Shown in pieces: positions 25,862 through 39,149 of a stretch of DNA of 64,000 nt (position 1 is its first letter; every line of letters begins with the position of its first letter). The translations under genes were made by a program, and so were the position numbers. The notes under the pieces were generated by a model. It did not search any database and was not told the DNA's origin. It was given only the letters and a program-made list of their open reading frames with translations. The stretch lies in assembly GCA_010909165.1 (NCBI GenBank), contig MU008185.1, forward strand, positions 779,058-843,057, read 5' to 3'. This stretch comes from Anthoceros angustus. Taxonomy: Eukaryota > Plantae > Anthocerotophyta.

Positions 25862-27049
25862 ATGCTATGACATGGGAAGTCTTTCATTCGTGTCGGCACT
25901 GCAAGAAGAACACTGCACTGAAGGAATTTATTTATCGTGCTGCTGATGTGGGTGGTGGCCAGGGGTGTACCTTGAAAGTGCAACGAAGTGTACATGATGG
26001 GCTGCTCATCTCATAGATCTTTTGACTTTAGTGGGTGCTCAGACGTATCCTCTCACCTCGATCGGATGTGGAGCACCCTGCCCAAATTTAAGGGGAGCCC
26101 GAATGCTTGTTCGGAGGAGGGGACGGTGCCCCTGCGTGTGTGCTTATATCTAGCGCCTAGTACATAAGCAAACCGCAGACCAATCTGGAATGTGCCCGAG
26201 TCAAAACTGGCCTGCAGACTCTCCATAGGTATTACACAACCTAAATAAAAGTAAATCAAATAAAACTTCTAGTTGACTTCGAATACCGTTCTTTCCTATG
26301 GGTACCTACACGTACACATTACGTTCTTTCCTACGTGTATGTATGCGTGTCATTGGCCCCCATCTTATGGCTCCTGGCGAACTCCTCGTGGCACATCGGT
26401 AAGAAGGAAAAGTGGGGGAGGAAGTTTTTTATTTTAAAAATTATATTAAAGTGAATTATCAAACAAGATTTTGAAGTATTAATTGATTTTTTATTTGACA
26501 ATCTTGTAGACTAAGCTTAAGAGTATTTTCAAATCCCTTAACCGTTCTTCTTTTAAACTTTTACAAGCGGTTAAACTACTTGAAATGCATCTTTCATTTC
26601 TTGTAGATGTGGTTGTAGAGCACTTATACATGGATACATCTTTAGACTCCGATGTGTGTTTCAACTAATCTTCGAGATAGCCTATCATTTTTTCTAGCAT
26701 CCAACCATCTTCGAAGGTTTCTAATTAATTAGAGGGATGCTAATGTTGAAGAATGTTTGAAATTAAAATTATTGTCAACTGCACACTGACCATGGCACAA
26801 ACTTTTATCTAGCATCTCCTACACTGTATTGGCCAACTTAAATCTAAAGAATGGTTTCCTTAAGCCCATGTAAATGCGTGTTTATTGCTACAGTTTTGTA
26901 AAAATTTGAAAACCGAGTGTCGCTAGCTTTGATTGAGCATCCTTAGATTATGTCAAATAAAATTTCATTTAACTTGACTACGACCTGCATAGCCATGGTT
27001 AGACCTTTGTGTCCAAACCAATGAAACTACAATCTTGCCCTATGGGTTG

Positions 27050-27690
27050 TGTCGCACGAAGTAAGCACTTGAATTCATATAAGCACTTCCTCGACCAACA
27101 ACCAAGCAAACAAATCTAATACGCAGATATATAGGTGCAAACCAATAACAATAGGAGGGAGTAGCTCGCACATCGTGGCACAAACACACTCTCCTCACGA
27201 GAACAACATGCAAATTCCTCACACATCACTCTCAGAGTCATAGCTTTGGCCTCCTCACAACGCTCTTGCATTGCATATTTAGAGGACAAACTATGATATG
27301 AGCTTGTACTCAATGGAAGGGTCTATATATACTAGCCCTTGGCATCGGCATATTCTTAAGATATCATATTGGCATCAGCATATGTCAAAAATATTCTAAA
27401 AATATACTATGCAAGGAATATGCCAAAGCATATTACTTGAGCTTATCCACTTACCTATTGTATCATAAGAATACACTATAATATGCAAGAAATATGCCAA
27501 AGCATATTACTTGAGCTTATCAACTTAGCTATTGCTAACCATGTTTAATTAATAGTAATCAATGCTTAATTAACATAAGCACCTTAGATTAATTAACACT
27601 AATTACTTGCTTACAGATAAGTAATTAGATTAATTAATGCTAATCAAACACTAAACCCAAGTGCAAAGATTAGTATCACACGGCATGACA
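27050..27690 (-). mobile_element. Solo-LTR-like element (~640 bp)
   Basis: On the minus strand it begins TGTCATGCC and ends GTGCGACA (TG..CA with imperfect inverted termini), with an internal TATA-like tatatag. No clean TSD (gttg / attg). Confidence 0.5.
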
Positions 27691-28578
27691 ATTGCACTAT
27701 GGATACATGGGTTGCATCAATAGCTATGTAGTTGGGGAACGCTTCATGTTTAAGAAACCTTTTCTTTAATAATGGATTCTTGTTGTACCAAATTATGCCT
27801 TGATGATTTCTAGCACACTTCAATACTGTGAAGATAAGATTGCGAGTGAACTTAAATTCAGTTGGAGTCCTAATTCCAAATTGCCCTCCTAAGCTCCTAA
27901 AAGCACATGCTCAAGTAGGAGCTCATATTGCATTGTACTAAGTAAAATATACTTGTATCTTGCCACCGTGGAGTTGATTTTGGATTGAACTAGGTTTCTT
28001 GACTTGTTTTATATCAAGTTTGTAATGTCGAACGAATGGGCGGGGTAGAGAAGGTTTGTATTGCTTTTTCATTTACGGTTGTGCCATTGGCGATACGCAA
28101 GCTATCAGGATTGCACCTGCACAGCTCATAGGTACAACCCTATTTTTTGGTACACAAATTACAAAAAATCTGCACTCCCTTGTCACACTCGAAAGGAAAT
28201 ATGGTCAACGTCATCCCACATCTCGTCATAATGCATCGCAGGTCCGAAGAGATCTGTCCTTTCCCTTATTTCTTTAGGCATCCTACCCCTTGGGTCCGCA
28301 TGGGGTTTTCAATAGGCCTCGCATCAAGGATTGCACGCTCTTGTGCAATAGTTTTTCCATTTCTCATTCCATGAGTTCTCAAGTGCCATTCGGACCTAAC
28401 ATAAGAGCCGGGTTCGATTCACTAATTGACAACAAATTTTGCTTGACCCAATCCAAAATAGGAGTGTTTTTTGCAGAAACCTAGACCGATGGAAAACAGC
28501 CATAAGGCTATTGTCTTATAGCCCTTTAGTATCATCCCAATATGATCTACGTTGTTGGGTCACAATAGGGACTTGCTT

Positions 28579-29110
28579 TTTACACTTTAGATATTTACAT
28601 TTGTCATGCGGTGTGACACTAATCTATGCTAAGCGCTCGGGTTTAGTGTTTGATTAGTGATAATTAATTTAATTACTTATTTTAATTAAGTAATTAATAT
28701 GAATTATTCTAAGGCTCTAAAGTTAATTAAGCCAACGTTAATGTTAATTAAATATTGTTAGCGGTAGCTAAGTGGATAAGCACAATTAATATGTTTTAGG
28801 ATATTCCTTGCATATTATAATATATTCTTAGATATTTAGATATTTACACTTTAGATATTTACATTTGTCATGCGGTGTGACACTAATCTATGCTAAGCGC
28901 TCGGGTTTAGTGTTTGATTAGTGATAATTAATTTAATTACTTATTTTAATTAAGTAATTAATATGAATTATTCTAAGGCTCTTGTGTTAATTAAGCATCG
29001 GTTAATGTTAATTAAATATTGTTAGCGGTAGCTAAGTGGATAAGCACAATTAATATGTTTTAGGATATTCCTTGCATATTATAATATATTCTTGGAATAT
29101 TTCTTGAGAT
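28579..29110 (+). repeat. 264-bp tandem duplication, homologous in inverted orientation to the start of the 27050-27690 element
   Basis: tgtcatgcggtgtgacactaatc..gggtttagtgtttgattag begins at 28602 and 28866. The reverse complement of 27640-27690 reads tgtcatgccgtgtgatactaatc..gggtttagtgtttgattag. Confidence 0.8.
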
Positions 29111-31679
29111 TGAGTGTTAAGCACTTGCATTCATATTAAGTGGAATGTGTCGCACAAACAAGGTAAGCACTATTTCAAGTTACAATTTCATTTTAAGGAT
29201 AAAGTGTATATCTTTTAAAAAAACTTATGTTTTATTGAGGGAATAAAACATGGGAAAAAACCCATCCAGCACGAGACAATGAAGGTGGACCTAGGGGTCA
29301 AGGTGAAAAAGAGTGACTAAGCTCCTTAACTAAAGTTACCTACTCAACCTAGAACATCGTATGCAAGAAAATCCCGCCGAGCATTCGCACAAAGCATTTC
29401 CCTCGCCTGCCTCAAAGAAATGTCAATGTGTGGTAAAAATAGGGCGCCGATGTGTCACCATCCCGATAGTGATCCTATTGCTAGGTTGCTTAATGAGGGA
29501 GATCCGATGAATTGATGGCTACTGTCTCACACCCGTGAGAATGGACTCAATAGGCATGGTTGTAAGGCCGTGTTGGGCCCTAGTCATTTATATCTTAATT
29601 TAATTATTCTTTGTTAAAAATGATAAATAGGTATATGCCCACCCACCTACCTAGTATTTATGTAGGTGTGCCAATTTGGAGGATGGATTGTAGGGCCTTT
29701 TATAGAACTCTGAATACAGTCGGCCCCCCCTAATTGGGAACTCTATGAATGGGATTCCTCTCTAAATGGGACCTCCCATCCTACTCCCTTTAGTTCACAG
29801 TGTAAAAAATGGGACTTTTTCCTAAATGGTAATTGGGACCTTTTGAAACATACATTCATGTTAGTTTCACCTCCATAAATGGGATTTTTCATTTTTATTA
29901 AAAAATATAAAAAAAGAATCGATTATTTTAAAGCACAACAGACTTTTAGGTGTGATTGAAGACGGTGTGATTGAAGACTCTTAAGCTACGCTTTTCTTTT
30001 ATGATAGGTAGAGGTTTTTTAATGCTGCTTAGAGAGAGTGTATGGCATACCAAAGGGGACAGAGGGGATGGGACATTTTTTTTTTCGCGAAACCCATGCA
30101 AGGCGTGGGGATCTTGAGGAATATACCCTACATTCCAAAGACGGTTTCTTTTCACAGCACATGGCGACATGGCGCTTTGGCGCCCTAACCAAGAGCGGCC
30201 AAGCACCAAAGGGACACACACAATGTCCTCAAACGGTGTCCTTGAAAATTTTCGTGCTTTCACCTTTGAAAACAAAGAGACGGGACACTATGTTTTGAAT
30301 GTTTCCGCACTACCTTGTGCCATTAAGTTTTCTTCGAGGGCATCCAATGGCCACCAAACCCTAACGTGGCCGGGGCGCGCTCCATTTGATTGACAAACCC
30401 TACACACCGGCATGGGTATCGAGACGCGGCCGGCCGGCGGCCACACCATGGTTTGAACCATGGTGGCCACGCTTCCTCGTCTCGCAGCTATGGACTTTGG
30501 GACCGTATTCCTTAAGGAACCGCGATGGAAACAATGAGAGCCACGATCCTCTTTCAAACAAGAAGAAGCACGATGCGGCTCAAACAGAAGAGGGATGGCG
30601 ACCCACCACCACCCGCTCACCCAACAACCTCGCCAAGAATGTTTATGCGGCAAAGAGCCAAATTTCACAAATCAAGGTGCCATTCCATTGATCAAAAGGA
30701 TGTCCACCGCACATCGCAAAATGCCTAGCATCAAACCCTATCTCCCATCGCGCCTTCCTGGCGCATGCTTCGCCCCTATGCAAAAACCAAAACTCGATGC
30801 ATCTCTCAAGACAAGGGATGACGACGCCGCTTCCTCGTCCTCCATGCGCTTGATCATCCGCCGGAGAACCTTAATTGTGCCCTCCATGGCCTCGACGGGC
30901 CGAGCATTCCGCTGCTCATCGCTCTCTGTCTCGGTTGGCCCGCCTCGCAGCGGCCCGCATTGGCCGGAGGCACTCCGCGCGCTTCCACTGGACACCGTGT
31001 CCGACTCCTCAGTCGCGCTTCCTCCCCTTGTGCTCGCCTCCGCTGAGTTGGGGTTGAGCCGCACCGCTCCATCTTCTTCCGACATGGCCTCCGCCTCCGC
31101 CACCGCCACCGCAGCTTGCCTCCTCCTCCTCCTCCTCCTCCACGGCCACGGATGTCGGCTCCACCGCTGCGGAGCTCGCGCAGCAGCCTCCCGCCTCCCT
31201 CCGCAGCCTCGCCTCCCCTTCCGCCACCGCCCGCCCACGCCGAGATGCCGCCACCGATGGAACCGGTTATTCCTCCCATACGCCTTCTCAACCGGACCGG
31301 CGCTGGGCCCCACTGCCGAGGCCGCCAAGACTGGCGTCGCCGTCCGCTCTCAAAGACGGCGCCCCATCCGCGCCCGCATCCCCGCCTGCTCCCGCCATCG
31401 CCAGCTCTCCGGCTCCCTTCTGGCATGGCGATATCGCCCGCCACCATGCTCCACCTCCGTGCATGGCGGCGGCAGACATGGCATCGCCGCCATGCCCGAA
31501 GCCTCGGCTCGGCGGGCCGCTGAGGCGCCCGCCATCCCCTCCTCCCCTCGGCCGGCGGGCGCACGCCTCCTTCGCTGGGCCTCCTCAACGACCTCCCTGC
31601 TGCCCCGGGCTGCTTTCCTCCTCGGCGCGCAATGCTCCCGCCTCCCCTCTCCTCTCTGCGGGGGGCCTCGCTCAGCCAT

Positions 31680-32560
31680 CGCTGGGGAGGGCAACCGCCT
31701 CCCCACGCCTCCACAGCTCCGCCCAGCCCCACCGCCACCTCCATCACCATGGGGAGGGCAACGCCTCCCCGCGCCCCGCCGCTGGGGTTCCCCTCGCCAT
31801 CGCCACGGGAGGCCACGCTGCCCCCTTTCTCGAGGGAGGCGCCCGCCTCCCCGCCCCGCCCATCGCCATGGGGAGGCATGTTCTCCCCGCCTGCCTCCCG
31901 CCGCCGCCCCCGCCCCGCCGCCTCATCGCTGGGAGGCCACGCTGCCCCGCCTTTCGAGGGGAGGCACCGCCTCCCCGCCCGCCTATCGCCATGGGGAGGC
32001 ACACTTCCCCGCCGCTCCCGCCGCCCGCCGCCTCCGCCTGCCGCCCATCGCTGGGAGGCCACAGGCCCCCTCTCCTTGAGGGGCGAGGCGCCCGCCTCCC
32101 GCCTCCCGCCCATCGCCATGGGGAGGGCAGTGCCCTCCGCCGCACTGGGCCTCCGCCCCTATCCATGAGGGGAGGCCACAGCGCCCCCTTTCCTTCTGAG
32201 GCGCCTGCCCTCCCGCCCCGCCCATCGCCATGGGGAGGCATGCCCTCCCCGCCCCGCGCCTCGGCCCTGACTGGGCTGGCTGCCGCCTCCATCGCTGGGG
32301 AGGCGCCCCGCCCGCCTTTCTCCATGGGGAGGGCAGCTGCCCCGCCCGCCTGGGCACCCGCTCCATCCGGGAGGCCTGCCCCCTTTCCTGAGGGCGGAGG
32401 CGACTCGCCCTCCCGCCTCCCTGCCTCATGGACATGGGGAGGCATCGCCCCCTCCGCGCCTCCGCTTAGGGCCCCTGCAGCCGCATCCATCGCCGGGAGG
32501 CGCCTCCATCCCCGCCCGCCTCCTTCTCCATGGGGAGGGCAGCCCCCGCCTCGCGGCCCC
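31680..32560. repeat. Very GC-rich ~62-bp minisatellite with ~120-bp dimeric periodicity
   Basis: ccatcgccatggggagg (about 31741, 31860, 31984, 32110, 32222) alternates with catcgctgggaggccac (about 31798, 31922, 32045, 32162). Confidence 0.8.
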
Positions 32561-34220
32561 GCCACGCCTCCGCCGCCATCATGGCCAAGGGGAGGGACGC
32601 GCCCCTCGCATCTCTTCCCGCTTTCGGCCGCCGCCCGCCATGCCGGGAGTGGTTATTGCCTCGCTGCCGAGCATGACGGTACCATGCCGCCGTCTCACGG
32701 CTCCTCCGCCTCGCCCCGCCACCGCCGGCCCTCTCCTTCTCCATCACTCCGCCTCCTTCACTGACCTCTCCTTACCCGCCCCGCCCCGCCACCGCGCTTT
32801 GCATCCGTGTTTCCAATTGCGCCGGCCTTGCGGGATGGCGCCTGTCTCGCCGTGGCGCCCTCCGCTTTTAATATGTTCTGCGCTGGCCGCCCATTGACGG
32901 GACTGAATTTTCTCGCATGCCAAGACGTGAATTGGCATCTCGTAGTTTCGTGCAGCGTGGCTCGCCACCGCATCATGAACTCAATTGTCGCCCACCCGCC
33001 CCAACCCGCATGGCAACCATGACATTTATGTGCACTAGCGATTTGTCAACCCCTTTTGGCCTCCTTGTGTTCGCCTCCTTAACCGCCAACCCCTTTCCTT
33101 CACATGACACTCGCAGGAGTGTATCCGGACCGCCTAAAACACATCACTATTCGTAATCATTTTGGGGTTTCCTACCACCATATATGACGCCGACCGGGTC
33201 ACCTGCCCCCATTAAATAAAGCCGCGGTCACATCACAGATTACTACCATTGCCACTAATGCACACCATGGCAAGCTCATAATCGTGATCGCATAGCAAGC
33301 AAAAATAGCAATAAAGAAAACAAAATGGTCTGCTAGACCCCTTCCGCCGCACCTCACCACTGCACCGCCTCCTCCCATCATCCATGCCACTCCCGCCTCC
33401 TCCTCCGCCTTCCACAACGGCCATCCGCTCGCTGGCCCCTCCGATTCCTTTCCCTTTGTCCCACCGGAGCTCCTCGCAAAGACGGCACCGCCGGACGACA
33501 ACGCCCCTTTTCTGCCACTGTGGTGTTGTGATGTCGCACTGAAGTCCTCCCTTCGCCCTTCCGCACCACCTCCTCGGCGTTTCCACTAGCCACCGCAGGC
33601 AAACTCCTCCGCCTCCATTCCAAGGATGATGCGCATGCTGAAAAGGCTGCCCATTGTCCCGGTACATCACCAGAGCACGCGCACTCGCATCCCTCCTTCC
33701 TCTCCATCCTTCACACTTGCGGCGGTGTTCGTCATCCACCGCGTTCCGCACACCTACACCCGTGTACAAGAAACCGGAGGTGTCCATCGCACGCATAATC
33801 ACCTCACACCATCGCAACAACACCGGGTGGCCGCACCGCTGCCACCCGCCGCTATGCCGCCGGTCGATTCGATGTCTCCGCCTTCCGCCATTCTTCGCCG
33901 GCCGCTCTCCCGCTTCTTGGTATGTGGAAGTCCGTTCTTCCCATCTCAGCATGATCGGGACTGGCATCCCAACGTTCACCTGCCCCATCGTAGTGGAACC
34001 CAGCGGACGGGACGGGTGTGCCGCTGACGTTCCATGCCGCTTGTCACTGGTACTGCACAACCATGACAACAAATCGCCATGTATGTGGCCAACCACTTGG
34101 GGCACAGGGTTACTGTTTCCGCATACATTCTGGCTATTCTAGGTGCTTTATACACCACCCGACCCCCCTCTCTTTGAAAGACTAATGCATGCAGATCCCC
34201 CTCGCTTTGAAAGACTAAGG

Positions 34221-35460
34221 CATGCAGTGTCACTTCTACCAAAGGCCAAGGAGCTTTTTCAATGGTTCATGGAAATAAAAAGTCATATGCGGAAGAAAGA
34301 GAAGGGAAAAAAGGGTGGCAAGTTGTTCCATGCATCCTGGCCAAGGTTCCTTCGCCATAGGCCAAGAAACTTTGTCCAGGCTGCATGGAACAACTTGCCA
34401 TGTGCCAAGGACAGCGGAGGGAAAAACTGGAACCCAACATGAACACCAGCATGTTGGAATTTCACCTTATTCCAGCATATATAGACATATATTATTTAGC
34501 TCACTTTCAAAAACCAATGCATGCAGTGTCACTTCTACCAAAGGCCAAGGATCTTTTTCAATAATTCATGCAAAAAAATGTCATGCAACGAGAGAGGAAA
34601 AAAGGAGGCAGTTTCCATGCACTGGAAAAGTTCCTTCGCCATAGGCCAAGAAACTTTGTCCAGGCTGCATGGAACAATTTGCCATGTGCCAAGGATAGAG
34701 GAGGGAAAAACTGGACCCCAACATGAACACCAGCATGTTGGAATTTCACCTTATTCCAGCATATATAGACAGACATTATTCACCTCACTTTCAAAAACCA
34801 AGGCATGCAGTGTCCCTTCTACCAAAGGCCAAGGAGCTTTTTCAATAATTCATGCAAAAAAAAATGTCATATACGAACGACGGAGAGGGGAAAAAAAGGA
34901 GGCAAGCTTTTCCATGCACCTTGGAAAAAGTTCCTTCGCCATAGGCCAAGAAACTTTGTCCAGGCTGCATGGAACAATTTGCCATGTGCCAAGGATAGAG
35001 GAGGGAAAAATTGGACCCCAACTTGTGGACCACCATGTTGGAATTTCACCTTATTCCAGCATATATAGACATACATTATTCACCGCACTTTCAAAAACCA
35101 AGGCATGCAGTGTCCTTCTACCAAAGGCCAAGGAGCTTTCTCAATAATTCATGGAAAAAAAAATGTCATATGCGAAAGACGGAGACGGGAAAAAAAGGAG
35201 GCTAGCTTTTCCATGCATCTTGGAAAAAGCTCCTTCGCCATAGGCCAAGGAACTTTGTCCATGGTGCATGGAACAACTTGCCATGTGCCAAGGACAGAGC
35301 AGGGAAAACTGGAACCCATCTTCTGGACCAGCATGTTGTAATTTCACCTTATTCCAGCATATATAGACATACAGTATTTAGCTCACTTTCAAAAACCAAG
35401 GCATGCAGTGTCACTTCTACCAAAGGCCAAGGAGCTTTTTCAATAATTCATGAAAAAAAA
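34221..35460. repeat. ~300-bp tandem repeat, ~4.2 copies
   Basis: catgcagtgtc(a/c)cttctaccaaaggccaagga starts at 34221, 34520, 34804, 35104 and 35402 (periods 299, 284, 300, 298). Confidence 0.92.
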
Positions 35461-36429
35461 TATACATATACACATATATGAAATATAGACATATTAATGT
35501 ATATGAAATATATGCCTATATATGCAGGAGTACGGGGAGAAACAAACATGCTGCGTGTTGTTTTCAGTTTTCCTCCTCTTCCTTGTCCATGGTTTTCGCA
35601 TCATCCTGACATGTTCCCATATGCCAAGGAAATTAACTTATATGTCATACATGTCTATATCTGCAGGAATGCAGACATATATAGACATGCAGACATATAG
35701 GCATAAACAAACTATATGTCTATATATGCAGCAGATAGGTGAAAACCCATCATGCTGCTGCACAATGTGTTTTCCAATTCTTCCCTCCTCTAACACTGTG
35801 TTCTGGCACGTGAAAACTCCCTTCGCTACCGGCTAAGTAAGTTGTTCTCCGATGCATGTCCAGGGATGAAGACGCATGGCCCATATTTTTTCAGTTTCTC
35901 CCTGCATCCAAACTTTCTGCCTTCAACGTTGGACTACAAAGAATTGAATGTTCTTCTCATCCTTGTTTTCTCTCATTTGCTATGCTTCCTCCTTTTCCAT
36001 CCTCTACCATGAAACACTTGTTCTTCTTTCTCCAGGAGTTGTAAGTTCATTTGCGTAGGCTAGTTCTCAAAGTTTTCTTTCATTGTCCCACATTGCATTT
36101 AAGTCCATTTTCATGGTACACCAAAACCCAAGGATGGTGGTATGTAACACACACCGCTTCACCCTCCTCAGATGTGTCGAAGGCCGCGTGAACATGAAAA
36201 TCTTGACAAATTTGCCATGTCCACTGGTTTAATGAGTTACAAAATTGAAAGCCGGCATTTGAAGTCAAGCAGGACTATATCGCTATAAATGCATCATCGT
36301 GTGTATGCAATGTACGGACAAATGGCATTTCTATTCGAGTTTAAATGGCGCCACTTCGCGCCACATCATGCGGCTGGTCACTCCATGGGTGGCCTTGTTC
36401 TTTGCATGCGTGTGCAAACATGTACATAG

Positions 36430-38480
36430 ACATCCGGAATCGCGAACCACGGGCGCGATATGGAGCCTCGCCCATTGCACAATGTCTACGTCTCGTATAG
36501 CCCATCAACCCTACCTTACTGCGCGGTCCGCATCCAGTGAGGGGCGTTTTCTCCCACGCGGGTTGATAGCGTTTATCTTGAATCATAAGAAATGTGTTAC
36601 TTGGGACGGTCGCGTGAAGAGCAGCATGTGATGCTCTTCATGCCCTTTTCGCACTTAATGGCCACATCCCGCCAGCCCCGCTTTGTCGCTTGGAGAGGGG
36701 CGGCAAGCCTGCTGCCCCGCCTCCCCGCCTGCTAATAACGGGCACATGTTCCCGATATATAGCGCCCAATTATATCTGGCAAAGAGCGGGATGACAAGAT
36801 TTGTGACACATAGTAATGGCCCGGACCTCTCACGTGAGGAGGTGTGTGCGGCGATCCGTACACGCCCGGGAGGGTTATTGCAATTGGCAGTGACATCGGA
36901 AGATCGCATTCTTCTCGTGCCCGCTGCTCCGCACATCACTCCTAACGGAGCCGGCTTCATGCGTATCTCCAATGTGTAACTGCAATCTTCGACCGTAGCA
37001 TGGCCACACGAAAGGCCCGTCGGTGAGGTTGAATGAGTCGCGATTGTGACGACATCTTGGAGGATTGGGTACACACCGATGACGATGATATGAAAATGTT
37101 TTCCAATGTAACCCCCATCGGAAGGACGCCCACCTTCGTGCTCAGGCTTCTTCGACGGCCTCCGCAGGACTTCCCGTTAGACGTGGAACGCAGCAGGGCC
37201 CGCTGGGTGTGCTGGACACCACGCTGTGGCGCCCTCCCGTACGTACACACAATTTTACTCCTAAGGATGACGCGTGGAGGAACCTCTCGGGGGGCGGGAC
37301 GACGTCAAGCCTGCGCGCCGGAAGAGGCAACGGTCCGAGCGGCGATAGGAAACATTCCTCGACACAGTACCGGAATCACCCGATACGCAGGTCTCAAGGG
37401 TAGATGAAGGATGGATGGCGTCAAAGCGCGTGTGTATGCGTTGTTTTGCACAAAACAAATGGCATTTCCCATATTCGGAGATGACGAAATGGCAAAGTCA
37501 TTACCAAGGCCACATCGTCCGTTGACTTTGGGCATCTTTGTTCCTGTGCATTGCAGGTGCATAATAGAACAGCGGTGTGGAGGCGTCTGCGAACCACCGG
37601 GCGCGCGAGATGGAGCCTCCCCTCCATTGCACAATGTCTCCTCACGCTCATTGCGTACTTAATGGCCACATCTCGCCAGCCTCCGCTTTTGCTTGAGAGG
37701 GCAAGCGCCGCGCTGGCCCCCGCCTGCTGAAACCTTAAAATAGGCATGTTCTACACAAAGATATACAGCGCCAATTGCATATCTGGAAAAGCGCGGGATG
37801 AGAAAATTTGGGGGCGCGATTACACGTAGTAATGGCTGTGACCTCTCTCTCTGCGGCAGGAGGAGTGTGCAAAGGGCAACGCGATCCATCCGCATCTCCG
37901 GAGGGTTATTGCAATTGATATATGACATCGGAAGATCGGGCCGGCATTCTTCTTCGCGCCTTCGCCTCGCCCCGACATCTCACGAGCGGCTCACGTGACA
38001 TCTCCAATTTCCGGTAACTGTAATCTTCGTGACCAAGGCATGGCCACTGGCGAAAGGCCCCGAGCGGCGGCATAGATTGAATGAGGTGCACGATTGCGGA
38101 CGATATCTTGAGGATTGGGTACATTTATTTGACGATGACGACGAAAAATGTTTTCAATGTAACCCCCATGGGAAGGACGCCCACCTTCCGTGCCCAAGCA
38201 TCTTCGACAGCCTCCGCAGGCCTTCCGGTTAGACGTGGAACGCAGCAGGGCCCTGGGGTGAGCTGACACCACCGCCAGCGGTGGGCGTCCTCCCATGGCA
38301 CTGGCCCACAAGGCCTACTGCAGGTGTACGACGGGCGTGGAGGAACCTCCCCCGTAGTGGAAGCGCGGGGACGCACGTTCGCCCAAGTGCGCCGGAAGAG
38401 GCAAAACCGCGGAGCAGGGAAACATTCCGCTAACATGCTGAATCACCCGACAATGGTGTCTCATGGGTAGATGGAAAGGG
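36430..38480 (+). repeat. Diverged ~1.1-kb tandem duplication with degenerate coding character
   Basis: Shared anchors occur in both copies: gatggagcctc..ccattgcacaatgtct; cttaatggccacatc; gggttattgcaatt; tcttg(g)aggattgggtaca; aatgtaacccccat.ggaaggacgcccaccttc; gttagacgtggaacgcagcagggccc. Confidence 0.8.
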
Positions 38481-39149
38481 GGGATGGCGCTTATGCGCAT
38501 GCGCATGCTCGCTCACATGAAGAAGTTGAAGATCACTGCGAATCGCCTATACGAGGCATCCACTTAGGACCCGCATGATGGGGAGGCGCTTGTCGCGGAT
38601 TGAGTAGCGGATTGCATCGGCCGAGTTGCACGTCCCCCGCCATGCCTGGGGGCGGCGGTATGATGGTTCGACGAGCTGGGACCGCGCTCGCCGACTGTGG
38701 CGCCCTTCCGCTTGCCCGCAAAGACGTTGGGCCTGGGCCGCTTCATCGAGCGAAATCAAAGGTGTGGAACATGTTGCACTGCCCTGCCAGACGAGCCACT
38801 TTCCTCGTGCGCATCCGAGGGCGCTTAACGCCGGTGGTGGCTGCTATATGTGTGGGATCCCAGATCCCGTATGACGCCAGACATGCTCCGATCTACCAAA
38901 AGTCATGTGTTGGAAGACAAAGAGGGTGCGTTCTCAGCGGAAGCGGATGCGGACGGTGGGGACGGAGGCACGTGGAGCAAATGGATGTGGTTTGGGAGGG
39001 AGGCCGTACGTTGAGACCCGACTTCGAGCAGGTGGCATCGAGGCGACATCACGGACCCTCGGGGCCTGTGAGTGCCAGACGAGCCACTGAGCGTGGCCGG
39101 AAGAAAGGAATGGCGAAGGATCGTGGGGCGCATGGTGAGGAGAGGAGAG

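Noticed and set aside
30595-32764. Several 400-500 aa ORFs
   Set aside because: They arise from very high GC and a minisatellite; Pro/Arg/Ala-rich with no recognisable domain.
34221-35460. Repeated short ORFs (FLRHRPRNFVQAAWNNLPCAKD)
   Set aside because: Translations of the 300-bp repeat; frames and stops differ between units.
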